64,000 nt of DNA from the NCBI GenBank assembly GCA_965649765.1, contig OZ287748.1, positions 84,382,001 to 84,446,000 on the forward strand, given 5' to 3'. Positions within the stretch are counted from its first letter, which is position 1, and every line of letters starts with the position of its first letter. This DNA comes from Bispira polyomma. Its lineage: Eukaryota. The notes beneath the pieces are model-generated. The model searched no databases and was not told the DNA's origin. It saw nothing but the letters and a program-made list of their open reading frames with translations. Below, one piece after another: positions 22,436-36,067 of the stretch. Both the position numbers and the translations under genes were made by a program.

Positions 22436-25400
22436 TCATTGATTTAAGTTTTCCTTTGTCCGACGCTTTTCAACAATGTTCTTGATGAAGAATTCACCTG
22501 TAAAATGGACAAATAAGTGTCAAAAATTTTTTGGCACAAAGATGTTGTCTTGACATCATATTAACTCAATAGTTATCAGATTTAGATATAATTTTAATTT
22601 AATGTCACTTTCAATAACTTCCTATTATTACAAAAACTGTACAGGGTAGTTAGTCAATATTTTCTGCACTGCAAACCGCCAACCTTCAGCAAGTTGACCC
22701 CAAATTTTCTCACATCGAGCCCGACTAGAGATGAGGATGTTACCCCCAACAACCAAGGTTCCTTATCTTTTATCAGTTTTAACGATCAATTAAATATTAT
22801 TGCCACAGAGTATCACAAAAGAAAAGATTAAAGCATGCAAAACAAAAACAATTTAGACAATAGATATATATTCTTAAAGCAGTAATGTTATGAACTCCTA
22901 TGATGTTTGGCCACAGCGGCCTTGTGGTTAGAAGCATCAGCTTCAACAATCTCACCATTGTTGCTTCGAATCCTGTTTGTTCCTTCATGTGGGAAAGTTT
23001 GTTAAGTATATGTTATAGCTCCGTGGTTTACAGTGATTTAGCATTGGTTTCTTCCATCACTAAATCTGGCTGTTGGGATATGACCTAAGCTGTTAAAAGC
23101 TACATAAAATTCAACCCAATTTTATGTACTGTAAGTTTTTAAGAAGAAGCATACTCTTAGGAATGGCTGTTTCACTCACCTGCTTTGTAAGAAGACCTGA
23201 CCAGAGGACCACTGGCTGTGTAAGCAAAGCCCAGCTTGTTCCCTTCATCTTCCCAGTGTTTAAACTTTTCAGGAGTCACATATTCCTGGACCTAATTAGA
23301 TAAAAGAGTTTTTAACATCGTCATAGCCATTTACAGGGAATATATATATACTGAATATCAAATTTCTACAGACTGTATTTGCAAAGATCTGTGATGAAAA
23401 TTAAATGTTAGATATGCTGAAGCCACACAGACCCATAGGGTTTTATGGCAATTTTCTAGTGGAAGAACAGGATTATCTTGTCATTTTAATATGCAAGTGT
23501 TTTTTAAAGGGGTTACAGGCATAGTAAACTATTACAGTCAAGGTTACTATGTTCAACTTCAACACCAAAGAAATCAAACCAAGGTAGGACAGTAATATTG
23601 CACATGAATAGTTGTAGCATATATGAGCACCATCTGATAATTGAGGCAAACACCAGGGGTATAATACTTAACAAGATTCTCAAGCTTAACCAAGTACTCA
23701 AGTTCAAACCTAAAGCTTACTTTGACAGTAGTTTTTCATATGATGCTCCTAATCAATAGGTTTAAAAGAAGACTCAATGCCTAGTTGTTTGGACAAGCCT
23801 TCCCACCATAGTATTGCCACCAAACACTCGGGATATCTTGTTATGAACCTTTATTCCTCCAACATATACAATATTTGGTTTATGTTTTGGATGGTGTGCC
23901 TTAAAAATGGAGATTAAGCACATGTTTACCTGATTGATTGAAATCTGATGTCCTCATATATCTGGCTGGAGTATAGTGAAAAAAACTCTGTCTGTATATT
24001 AGAATTCCGTGCCAAAAGCTCTATTAAATTGAATGACCACGAATATATGTAAATAAGATGATTATTAATATAAGGACTTCCACAAAGCTTTTATTTGAGT
24101 TGGGTCTGAACCAGGGTGTCTATAGATAAATACAGGCCCAGACAGAATTTCGCAGTTCAACCTCACAAATCCACGGTTAAAGGTCAAACTAAAGTCAGTC
24201 TACGATACATATCTACACAGTGCACACAAACCCTTATAAATACTTATGGCAAGTATGGAAATACTCTGATATTTAATTTAGCAGAAGATTGTACAATGAT
24301 GGTATAGATAAGTACTACTCTAAAGTAGGTAAATAAAACCCATCACATGATTATACAGTTGAACCCCTTTAAGTAGAACTCTGTTAAATCAATTTACTTT
24401 TTATGTAGGAAGAAACCTGTAGTCCCAGAAAGGCCTTTTCTTGAAAATGGACCCTGTTATGTAGAAATCCTGCTTAAGTGAACTTTAGTGAAGGCATTTC
24501 TGGTGTTTGCTTAAAGTTTGACTTAAAGGGGTTCACCTGTATAAAGAGCTAAGTGACCTACCTTAAGATGCCTCTTAGTTGGCTGCATATACTGGTTTAA
24601 CTGTATACAGAGCTAAGTGACCTACCTTAAGATGCCTCTTAGTTGGCTGCATATACTGGTTTAACTGTATACAGAGCTAAGTGACCTACCTTAAGATGCC
24701 TCTTAGTTGGCTGCATATACTGGTTTAACTGTATACAGAGCTAAGTGACCTACCTTAAGATGCCTCTTAGTTGGCTGCATATACTGGTTTAACTGTATAC
24801 AGAGCTAAGTGACCTACCTTAAGATGCCTCTTAGTTGGCTGCATATACTGGTTTAACTGTATACAGAGCTAAGTGACCTACCTTAAGATGCCTCTTAGTT
24901 GGCTGCATATACTGGTTTAACTGTATACAGAGCTAAGTGACCTACCTTAAGATGCCTCTTAGTTGGCTGCATATACTGGTTTAACTGTATACAGAGCTAA
25001 GTGACCTACCTTAAGATGCCTCTTAGTTGGCTGCATATACTGGTTTAACTGTATACAGAGCTAAGTGACCTACCTTAAGATGCCTCTTAGTTGGCTGCAT
25101 ATACTGGTTTAACTGTATACAGAGCTAAGTGACCTACCTTAAGATGCCTCTTAGTTGGCTGCATATACTGGTTTAACTGTATACAGAGCTAAGTGACCTA
25201 CCTTAAGATGCCTCTTAGTTGGCTGCATATACTGGTTTAACTGTATACAGAGCTAAGTGACCTACCTTAAGATGCCTCTTAGTTGGCTGCATATACTGGT
25301 TTAACTGTATACAGAGCTAAGTGACCTACCTTAAGATGCCTCTTAGTTGGCTGCATATACTGGTTTAACTGTATACAGAGCTAAGTGACCTACCTTAAGA

Positions 25401-28400
25401 TGCCTCTTAGTTGGCTGCATATACTGGTTTAACTGTATACAGAGCTAAGTGACCTACCTTAAGATGCCTCTTAGTTGGCTGCATATACTGGTTTAACTGT
25501 ATACAGAGCTAAGTGACCTACCTTAAGATGCCTCTTAGTTGGCTGCATATACTGGTTTAACTGTATACAGAGCTAAGTGACCTACCTTAAGATGCCTCTT
25601 AGTTGGCTGCATATACTGGTTTAACTGTATACAGAGCAAAGTGACCTACCTTAAGATGCCTCTTAGTTGGCGGCATATACTGGTTTAACTGTATACAGAG
25701 CTAAGTGACCTACCTTAAGATGCCTCTTAGTTGGCTGCATATACTGGTTTAACTGTATACAGAGCTAAGTGACCTACCTTAAGATGCCTCTTAGTTGGCT
25801 GCATATACTGGTTTAACTGTATACAGAGCAAAGTGACCTACCTTAAGATGCCTCTTAGTTGGCGGCATATACTGGTTTAACTGTATACAGAGCTAAGTGA
25901 CCTACCTTAAGATGCCTCTTAGTTGGCGGCATATACTGGTTTAACTGTATACAGAGCAAAGTGACCTACCTTAAGATGCCTCTTAGTTGGCGGCATATAC
26001 TGGTTTAACTGTATACAGAGCAAAGTGACCTACCTTAAGATGCCTCTTAGTTGGCGGCATATACTGGTTTAACTGTATACAGAGCTAAGTGACCTACCTT
26101 AAGATGCCTCTTAGTTGGCTGCATATACTGACCAAGAGTGAGACAGTCAACATCTATCTTTCGTAAATCTAAAACATCACAATTTTACAAAAAAATCAAA
26201 ATGTTTGAGAAATTTACTGTGCACGAAAATACTTTTAATATTTGAAAACAAAATCTATCAATCGCAATACAGAAGATTCCTTTAATATACAGACAACAAA
26301 AACAGTATTATAAAATGATTATTGGCCATATTTTACAAAACAAATATCGTATGTTCAACTAAATTCAGGCTAAAATTCTGCTCTCCACTTCTCAGGCTAG
26401 AATGAACGTACATACATGCTCACCTCATATTAGAATTTAATACTGAAAGCTCTACCTATAATAAAATTACCACAAGTCACACTATTTTCACAATAATCTG
26501 AGTATCTAGTAACAACTTTCATAAAGCCTGAGTAGGAGTTTGAGTCCAGATTTTACATGCAAAATATGTGTTTCTACAATTGTTAAGAAAGGATTTACCA
26601 TAACAATATGGCACATAATATACTACAGTAGAACCTCTATTATCCAAACTTCTATTATTTAAATATTCAATTTTCTGGACTGACTGCCACTCTCCCAAAT
26701 TTAAGTATTTCTCCTGTTCTATACAGAAATACTTCCTAGATTTTATGAACCTTCTATTATCCAAACATAATCTTGCTCCTCTCCCAACATGTTTGGATAA
26801 TAGAGAATCTACTTTACTTTATATATCACAATACTATCAGAGATCTACCAAGATTTTAAATGTTAAACAGGTACCTCTACAAGAGTTAAGATATGATTTT
26901 ACCATATTAGGACAATAATAACCTCCCTTGGGTTAACATTACACAACTGTATATATCTTAGGGGCGGTATTCACTAAATGGCTAATTCTAGACAGTGTCC
27001 TACATGTAGCACAAAAGTATACTAGAGTCTATATCTAAGACAAATTCATGGCTTAGCCCCTTTGTGAATACCACCCCTGTTACACTACAAGAGATAACAC
27101 ACAGATCTTACCTTCCAACACCTTGTACACTTCAGCATCCTTCTCTCCAAGGCCCAACATTATGGACGTCTTTGTGACAAGAGATGGTCGAAATTTCTTC
27201 ACATGTTCTAATACTGATAAGGATTGCTTGTAATTGGCCCTTGGATCTCTGACAAACCTGTATTTTTATACAACACATAAACCAGTGAAACTCATTTTCC
27301 TTCAAATACATTATTCTCGTCATTGATGACATTAAAACACGCTTTGTTTAATGCCCCTGCTAAAAACCACACAGATATAGTCAAAGTAAAAGATGTTATA
27401 GTGAAGAGATAGATTAGCACAAATTGTGATGTACAATTGAACCCCTTTAAGTCAAACCTCTAGGGATCGGCAGAAATACTTTTACTTTAACAGGATTACA
27501 TTCCAATTAAATTACAAGTGAGAACCCATATTCTTGCATAAATTCTTCTTGAGGTGTTTTCCCCCTTTGGGAGGAAGAAATGAAAGATTGGTATTTCTTC
27601 AGGACTGGCATAAAACCTATTTCTTCCAGACTGAAACTTCCGCTTCAGGAGAAACTGCGAACCCTGGGTAGTTCTTTAGACAAAAATTATTAAGAGAATA
27701 ACGGTGTTCTACACCCTAAAACTATATATGTCCGTCAAAGTCCCAGCGTACCTTTGTAGTTCTGCCACAGTTTCCACATTGTGTGCATACACATCCAGAC
27801 CAGAGCCTGCTATCTTCTCTACGCAAGTCAAGTCTCCACCAAAGTCTGGTGTGAGGCACTCCACTAACATCACAGGCTTCCTATTATTAAGACAATTGTA
27901 TTCAAATTTACACTCAGTGAAGTCTATACGTTTATTTGGTATTAAAAGTACTATTAACATTGCACCAATAACTGAAACTCCCCTAACTAGGCATAGCGGA
28001 GCATAATTGAAAGCTTAGGCTGACATTATAGAAATGGTTTTTGATTGTTGAAGAAACACAGCAAATGTCAAGTAAGGCAATTAAAAAGCAACTACATATA
28101 CGCAACCAAAACAGTTACTCAGTTTGCTCAATAAGAGATTTCAGACAAATATCCCTACCAGTGGGTAAATCGTTTAGGTTGATGTTACATCAATATCAAA
28201 AAAAAAAAATTACTTTAATATCAAATCATATCGGGACATAGTAAGAAATTTGTGAGGAAACTGGAACAAATCTCAATTAAATCAGAAGTGTGAATTGCTA
28301 AACATGTTAACAAATAGAATGGATTTAAAATGCTTTATTATTAATATTTAACGTGTATTAACTTTAAAATATCATGAAATTATTGTATAATGTTGTTCCA

Positions 28401-31400
28401 AGGTGAAATATATCATTTATGATATCGATGTGTTGTTATTATACATCGATATGGGCATGCAAAAGCCCAAACAATAAATATTGGCAATATCGATAAAAAA
28501 TTTACCCACTAATCTCCACTGTGTGCTTTATTGTTCAATCACAATAGTACACTGTGTCTACACAAAGGATGAGGTAATCTTCATTTAACACACCCTTCCA
28601 ATATAAATAGTTTTGCTGTTCGTGACTAAAGCAAATTCTCTAACTAGAGCAATAAGTGTTATAAATTAAAGAATTCCTCACGTTATGACTTCAACTAGAT
28701 AGAGATGTGCATGCCACAATTATGAGACACTATAAGTTGCAACTGTATAATATTATATATGACTCCAACACAGGCATACTATTATTATTATTATTATGAA
28801 TTTTTTTTAACGCGCTTTATTGATGCTAGGCATCTTCTAAAGCGCAAAAGCAGAATCATCGATCCAATTGTAACATCCATAGGCATAGCAAGGTCGTAAG
28901 GAAAGATGTGGGGACGTGCACAAGGGAAGCTAGGGTGGGTAGGAAAGGCTAAAAAGATGGGTTTTAAGCTTTTTCCTAAAACCGAGGAGTGTATCAACTG
29001 ATCTGAGGTCAACTGGGAGACTGTTCCACAACAAGGGAGCTCCAATGGAGAAAGCTTTGGATGCCGCCTTCCAGATGGGTCTGACTGAAGAAACAGAGAG
29101 TCTGTTTCCTCTCTTATGGTTACTGAAGAAAAGAAGGGAAGCAAGGTAGGGGGGCTGTTGAGTGACTACAGCCTTAAAAGTGGTAACGTAAATCTTGAAC
29201 AAGATACGAGAGTGAATGGGCAGCCAGTGTAATTTTTTGAGGTAAGGAATGACATCTGTGCAAACACCCAGGTGAAAAATCAGGATACAATACATTTATT
29301 ATACACATCTTTAATAGTTATACGTCATAAAATCCTGACTAAAGTCACTATACTGTAGCCCAATTAGTTTGGTAAAAAAATTATCAAGACACAAATAAAT
29401 GTAGACAACTTTCAAAATGTTCCAATAGTTTACCTCTTTTTGATTTCTATCACAGTTTCAGCAAAATGACTTGCTCCTCCATCGGCTAAATCTAAAATAA
29501 ATATTGAATGTAAAATATTAATGGGTACACAAGTACAATGAAATCTGTATGTCTTACTTAACTTAGAAAAGCAGAAAGTGCAGAGTAAACCTAAATGTTC
29601 ACATACCAGATTTAAACGAAATCTGTGACACACATTTTGAAGAATTGTCTGGAAGCTAAAGTCAGTTGTGGTTTATTTATTATGTGGATAGACTTTGAAA
29701 TAAACCCCTTTCTGTGGAACTATATTAAGTTGATTTTTCATTTTCTAGCTCTAACAATTAGAAGTCCCACAAAATCCTTTTTGAAAATCGATCCTGTCAA
29801 GTGGAAAGCCAGCTTAAATACAGGTATGTCTCCGGGTCTGTTGACATTTAAATTAAAGTCGCTCAACTGTACTTCATCTGAGAGATGGCAAGATGACAGA
29901 AACTATATAAAATCTTATCATCAGAGGAAAAATATTCATGTAAATTACAAGAATTTGAGGGTCAAAATAATAGTGTGAATTTTAAGAAAATGCCACAATC
30001 TGCAATTTTTATCACATAATAAATTGTGACACTTGTACTTCACTGAAGATTAAAGGACAACTATCAACACTCATATACATGTATTATTCTCCCGAAAGCT
30101 TGTCATTTAATCACGTTCTGGGACTTTACTTCAACAATAAATGACTATTTATAAATACAAGTGATAATTTAAGTTTTCCATTTTGGGACTTGCTCATTTT
30201 TGGAGCTACGGTATTGCTGGTTGAACTTTAGGATTTTTAGAAACGTTTGTTTCCCAGAATTTATCAGGTTTCAAGTAACCAACCATTGTATAAGAAACTA
30301 TATGTGATCCGTGATGCTGAATCCGATCTATTCAAATTTTCGGTCCAAATATTATCAATATCACTTTCAAGGTGTTGTGAAAATGCTAATAGAAACTTCA
30401 TATCCTTGCAATAGAAATGTTGTTTGTTATAATTATTGCTTTTATTGAAACATAAGTACTCTTAAAATATTTTCAACTGCTATGATATGAAACACCTGCT
30501 TAATTTTTTGATAGACTGGAAAGTTGTACAACCATCGTAATTTTGACCTAACTATATCCCTTATCCGAACAATATGATCACTCAACAATAGTTTCGCTGA
30601 CAACAGTTTTTCATTAACACCTACTGTTATGTTTTATAAGAAATAAAGACTAGATGCTAGCTCTACAAGCATTTATTAGGAACTTGTTACACACACAAAG
30701 ACCTTATATATGTATATGAACAGACTGGTACATGTTAAATAGTGGAGCACACATTTCATTACACCTACCATCCCGGTCCACTGATGTTAACACCACATAG
30801 TCAAGACCCCATTCTGTGACAGCATGTGCTGTATTGACTGGTTCTAGAGGATCAGGAGGGGGTGGGGCACGGCCGGTCTTCACAGAACAGAATCGACAGC
30901 CTCTAGTACAGGTATCTCCCAGAACCTAAATAAGGGGACAAATACAGTAGCACCTTTATTATATAAACATATTGGATGAGCAAGGTTTGTACAAACAACA
31001 GAAGAGGTGTTTCTATATAAAACAATAGCAATAAGCCTACGTTTCCATGTATCATCAATGCGCAGCAACTGATACTTTGCGGCAAATTTTAGTGTTTCCA
31101 TATAGCCAATTTCACTCCACAATTTCATGCAGAAAGCTGGAATAGATAATCAGGATTTGAAAACTTTGAAGTATTTTGTATTCATTTTATACTGTATTTC
31201 CAAGCCAATGCCAACAGGATTTTTTTGCTTCCAGTAGTAAAAATTTGGAGTGTATTGTATAGAAAAACCTGAAGATAAGAAAAATAAAATGACTACAATC
31301 GGTAGTCAGCGATTAGCCATCGGCCACATGGATATGGGGGCTTCAAGAACTTCTATTCTATGTCATAAATTTGCAACATGTAACTCTACTCTTTATGAAT

Positions 31401-34400
31401 ATCAGCCATTGGGTCTCAGAATATGAAGTCAGCCATCAATCAGCTGTCCATTATTAACCGATTGAATTTGATTGAGCTATAACAAATTCCTAATGAGAAA
31501 ACTCAGTGATAAGCACTTTTATACCCCCAGCTAGGGTCATGTGACCTTTAAGAAAGTCAAAGATCAAATCCAAGTATCTGTAAAATTGCTGCAGTGCCAG
31601 GGAACCAGACATGAAACAAATAAGCACCCTTTTCAAGAGACGCTGAATATTAGATGTAGGACTTGAGCCCTATTTGATGTGGGACCTGAGTCCTATTTGA
31701 TGTAGGACCCGATCCTTATTAGATGTAAGACCCGAGCCCTATTTGATGTAGGACATGAACCCTATTTAATGTAGGACCTGAGCCCTATTTGATGTAGGAC
31801 CTGAGCCCTATTTGATGTAGGACATGAGCCCTATTTGATGTAGGACATGGGACCTTTTTAATGTAGCACCTGAGCCCTATTTGATGTAGGACATGAGACC
31901 TATTTAATGTAGGACCTGAGCCCTATTTGATGTAGAACCTGAGCTCTATTTGATGTAGGACCTGAGCCCTATTTGATATGGGACCTGAGCCCTATTTGAT
32001 GTGGGACCTGAGCCCTATTTGATGTAGGACCTGAGCTCTATTTGATGTAGGACCTGAGCTCTATTTGATGTAGGACCTGAGCTCTATTTGATGTAGGACC
32101 TGAGCTCTATTTGATGTAGGACCTGAGCCCTATTTGATATGGGACCTGAGCTCTATTTGATGTGGGACCTGAGCCATATTTGATGTAGGACCTGAGCTCT
32201 ATTTGATGAAAGACCTGAGCTCTATTTGATGTGGGACCTGAGCTCTATTTGATGTGGGACCTGAGCTCTATTTGATGTGGGACCTGAGCCATATTTGATG
32301 TAGGACCTGAGCTCTATTTGATGAAAGACCTGAGCTCTATTTGATGTGGGACCTGAGCTCTATTTGATGTGGGACCTGAGCCCTATTTGATGTAAGACCT
32401 GAGCCCTATTTGATGTGGGACCTGAGCCCTATTTGATGTAGAACCTGAGCTCTATTTGATGTAGGACCTGAGCTCTATTTGATGTGGGACCCGAGCCGTA
32501 TTTGATGTAGGACCTGAGCCCTATTTGGTGTAGGACCTGAGCCCTATTTGATGTGGGACCTGAGCCCTATTTGATGTAGGACCTGAGCTCTATTTGATGT
32601 AGGACATGAGCCCTATTTAATGTAGGACCTGAGCCCTATTTGATGTAGGACCTGAGCCCTATTTGATGTAGGACATGAGCCCTATTTGATGTAGGACATG
32701 GGACCTTTTTAATGTAGCACCTGAGCCCTATTTGATGTAGGACATGAGACCTATTTAATGTAGGACCTGAGCCCTATTTGATGTAGAACCTGAGCTCTAT
32801 TTGATGTAGGACCTGAGCCCTATTTGATATGGGACCTGAGCCCTATTTGATGTAGGACCTGAGCCCTATTTGATGTAGGACCTGAGCTCTATTTGATGTA
32901 GGACCTGAGCTCTATTTGATGTAGGACCTGAGCCCTATTTGATATGGGACCTGAGCTCTATTTGATGTGGGACCTGAGCCATATTTGATGTAGGACCTGA
33001 GCTCTATTTGATGCAAGACCTGAGCTCTATTTGATGTGGGACCTGAGCTCTATTTGATGTGGGACCTGAGCCCTATTTGATGTAAGACCTGAGCCCTATT
33101 TGATGTGGGACCTGAGCCCTATTTGATGTAGAACCTGAGCTCTATTTGATGTAGGACCTGAGCTCTATTTGATGTGGGACCCGAGCCGTATTTGATGTAG
33201 GACCTGAGCCCTATTTGATGTAGGACCTGAGCCCTATTTGATGTGGGACCTGAGCCCTATTTGATGTAGGACCTGAGCTCTATTTGATGTAGGACCTGAG
33301 CTCTATTTGATGTAGGACCTGAGCCCTATTTTATGTAGGACTTAAGCCCTATTTGATGTAGGACCTGAGCCCTATTTGATGTAGGACCTGAGCCCTATTT
33401 GATGTAGGACCTGAGCCCTATTTGATGTAGGACTTAACCCCTATTTGATGTAGGACCTGAGCTCTATTGGTGTACGACATACGAGAATAAGAGGTTTGTG
33501 TCTATTTATAAAGGATCACACACCATGATGGTTGCTGTTGCAGTTCCACTCTCTCCTCCCCAGCATTCACCTATGTTTGGACACTTAGCCTCTTCACATA
33601 CCTAATAAAACAATAGAAAACCTTCCATGATTCTGTAAGAAATTTTCACTAACAACACACACATGCCATTTCATGACAGCCAAAAATAAAATCTGGAGAT
33701 ACATGCCAGTTCATGACAGCCAAAAATAAAATCTGGAGTTACTAGGCAAAGCTTTCAGGCTTTTGTTTTTCCATTGGTTACCGTTATTACTATCGAGTAA
33801 GAGTGTACAGTAGATGCTCTGTAACTAGAACCAGTTTAAGTAGAACCAATATTAGGCTCCCAACATTCAAAACTACTAGTTTTAACTTAGGCCACAAGAA
33901 GTTCCCCATAAAAGTAGGACCATATAGTGTATATTGAACATTTAACTGATGCAGAATTTACTGCACAAATAGAAGTACATGCAATGCCATGCATACATTT
34001 TGATAAAATACAAAGACATCTTCAACTTGGGAGAATTGATCTTGGCATTAGTTTTACCATTACGCTATGCTTTATAATAATACAATACATATTAAAGAGG
34101 ATACTAGTAAATGAAACATGGATTAAAGAAAACAAACAAATTGCATGTGAATGCTGAAAGATAATGCCTTACATTATAATTAGAGTGACAAACATGATTT
34201 AAAAGACTTACAAAGAGTGAAAACATCCTTAGAAATTAAACACTAAAGAAAACGTTAAAACTCACTGTGTGTAAATTTAGAGATCTCAGCGATTCTGTTA
34301 ATTTGTTGAAATTTTTCCCCATTGGAATTTCTTTCTTTAACCATGGTGGAAGTGCTAATCTAAATAAACAAGATAAACTCCATTACAATAAAAAACAAGA

Positions 34401-35215
34401 TAAACTTAAATACAATAAAAATATTTATTTAAAATAATACCATTCTTACAAAAATAATAATAAAATATATAACACTTTGGTACAAAATGTACACGCTACA
34501 GATCACTTTTTGCCATTCAGCGAGTATTGTACTCCTAAATATACGAATGGTGGAGTGCTCAGCAGATTAGAGGAGATAGTAAAGTAGAAATCGACCAAGA
34601 ATTGAGCAAAATACTATATGCATGATTTTGTGTATTTTCTTTGCTTTTCTGGTACTCATCTGTGTAAATATTAGGGAGTATCAACCTTAAATTGTTCTTT
34701 TCTAGTACTCGTCTTTGTAAATATTAGGGAGTAGATTTTTTGGTAGGCCTAGGCAATACCCTGTATCTGTAAAAAAATCGGGAACTATGTAGGACCAGTA
34801 GTAGTTTCAGAGGATATGTTGACGCATAGGCGTTTGCTCACTCAGGCTGATGGCCAAAAAAAACCTAGAAAGAAATAGAATCGCTAATATACCGGAACAT
34901 GTTTTCTAAACAAAATGTAAGTTCAAGTTGTATGTAGAACTTTAAACTGGAGCCCAATATCAGGATTGGGCCCACTGCATACTTTAGGATCCTACAAATC
35001 TGCTAACTGGCCATCAGTCTAAATCTGTACAACTACTTATATGACTGAGCTTACCTCTCTCCCTTTTTTCTCTTAAGGTTTCCTTCATATTCAATCCCTG
35101 GTTTTGCTTCGCCAGTGATGAAGTCACCAAGATCCGGACCATCAGCAAGTGTCTCTTTTTGCTTTTTACTAAGAGTGGCATAGCAACAGACCGGCTGTAA
35201 GCTGCCTGCTAATCT
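22436..35215 (-). CDS. LIAS: Lipoyl synthase, mitochondrial (radical SAM), spliced; first coding exon not located
   Basis: Exons read on -: 35215-35055, 34359-34266, 33601-33524, 30925-30769, 29491-29434, 27880-27752, 27257-27112, 26168-26098, 23291-23180, 22497-22436 (TGA). LipA motifs [18 protein letters not shown] (CX4CX5C), CTRGCRFC (CX3CX2C), [48 protein letters not shown]. Splice phases are consistent. Confidence 0.95.
24356..24539. mobile_element. pogo/Tigger-like MITE (TA TSD)
   Basis: TA|CAGTTGAACCCCTTTAAGT ... ACTTAAAGGGGTTCACCTG|TA. Relatives at 48845-49021 and 61381-61533. Confidence 0.7.
24537..26130. repeat. 64-bp tandem array (~25 copies) containing the LIAS exon end and 5' splice site
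   Basis: Period is exactly 64 (donor ACCTAC at 24556 and 26092 = 24x64). Unit on -: CAGTATATGCAGCCAACTAAGAGGCATCTTAAG|GTAGGTCACTTAGCTCTGTATACAGTTAAAC. Confidence 0.97.
28780..29275 (-). mobile_element. 3' fragment of an L2/CR1-group LINE
   Basis: ORF2 C-terminus [34 protein letters not shown], followed by an (AAT)n tail. Confidence 0.85.
31648..33478. repeat. 23-bp minisatellite (~80 copies) in a LIAS intron
   Basis: Unit GATGTAGGACCTGAGCCCTATTT with variants. Higher-order duplication at 851 bp (37 units). Confidence 0.97.
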
Positions 35216-35519
35216 CTGTATGAAAATACATACAGAGCATTTATTCCAATTTAATATTATTCATAGACATTTCACTTTTTTACAATTGTTTTCATGGATA
35301 ACGGCTAATAACCTCTATCAAATATCCTCAAAGATAGAGCCAACAATGGTTCAGTACATAAGAATATGTCTCTTTCTTGGGTACATAATAATATTTGCTC
35401 TCTTAGGGAGATTACCAAATGTTTCGACCTTCAGTACGTTTTGACCCTTTTTTTTGACACGATTCAACCATCATTTAGATTATTTTACTTTATTTACTTA
35501 CGTTTAATGTTAGAAGAAA

Positions 35520-36067
35520 TATAATTAGAGAATATAAGCTGTTTGTGAGGGCTATATTGGGATATATGCACCCGAGGTCAGGCCAATATGGCTTGAGGGT
35601 CGTCAGACCCAAAAGCCATATTAGGCTGACCAAGGGTGCATATATCCTAGTATGGCCCTCACAAAAAGCGTATATTCTCTTTATTATACCGAAGCATTTT
35701 TGATTTTTACTAAAGATTGTTTTTTATTAAGGAATTTTAGTTCCAAAGTCTATTTTCACGGAGCTCCGAGGTTTAGTAGCGTCTCTAACTCCCGTAACGA
35801 GTATATAAACAATTTAACCACAGCGGAAGAAGACCTTTAATAGCAAATTCAATATAATGTATTTACAGTTGCTTAATTGTGTGTTAAACTATAAAGCTTT
35901 AATGAAAACGCAAATAACCTCCAATGGTGCTTGCTAAACTTTGCAAGTGATATGGCCCGCTGCAGTGATATGGCCCCTGACTGCTGGGCCATATCGGGAA
36001 ATATGTTATGTCACGTGATCGCATTTTAACCAATAGGATCACTGGATTCGCCGCCGAGGTATAATAA
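35520..36067. mobile_element. Non-autonomous element with an ~82-bp-stem hairpin (possibly Crypton-like)
   Basis: Inverted repeat 35520-35601 / 35606-35688. Second hairpin GATATGGCCC..GGGCCATATC. TATTATACC/GGTATAATA inverted ends. Confidence 0.45.

Noticed and set aside
24537-26130. CRISPR-like array
   Set aside because: Units are contiguous and near-identical with no unique spacers, the context is eukaryotic, and there are no cas genes. The same applies to 31648-33478.
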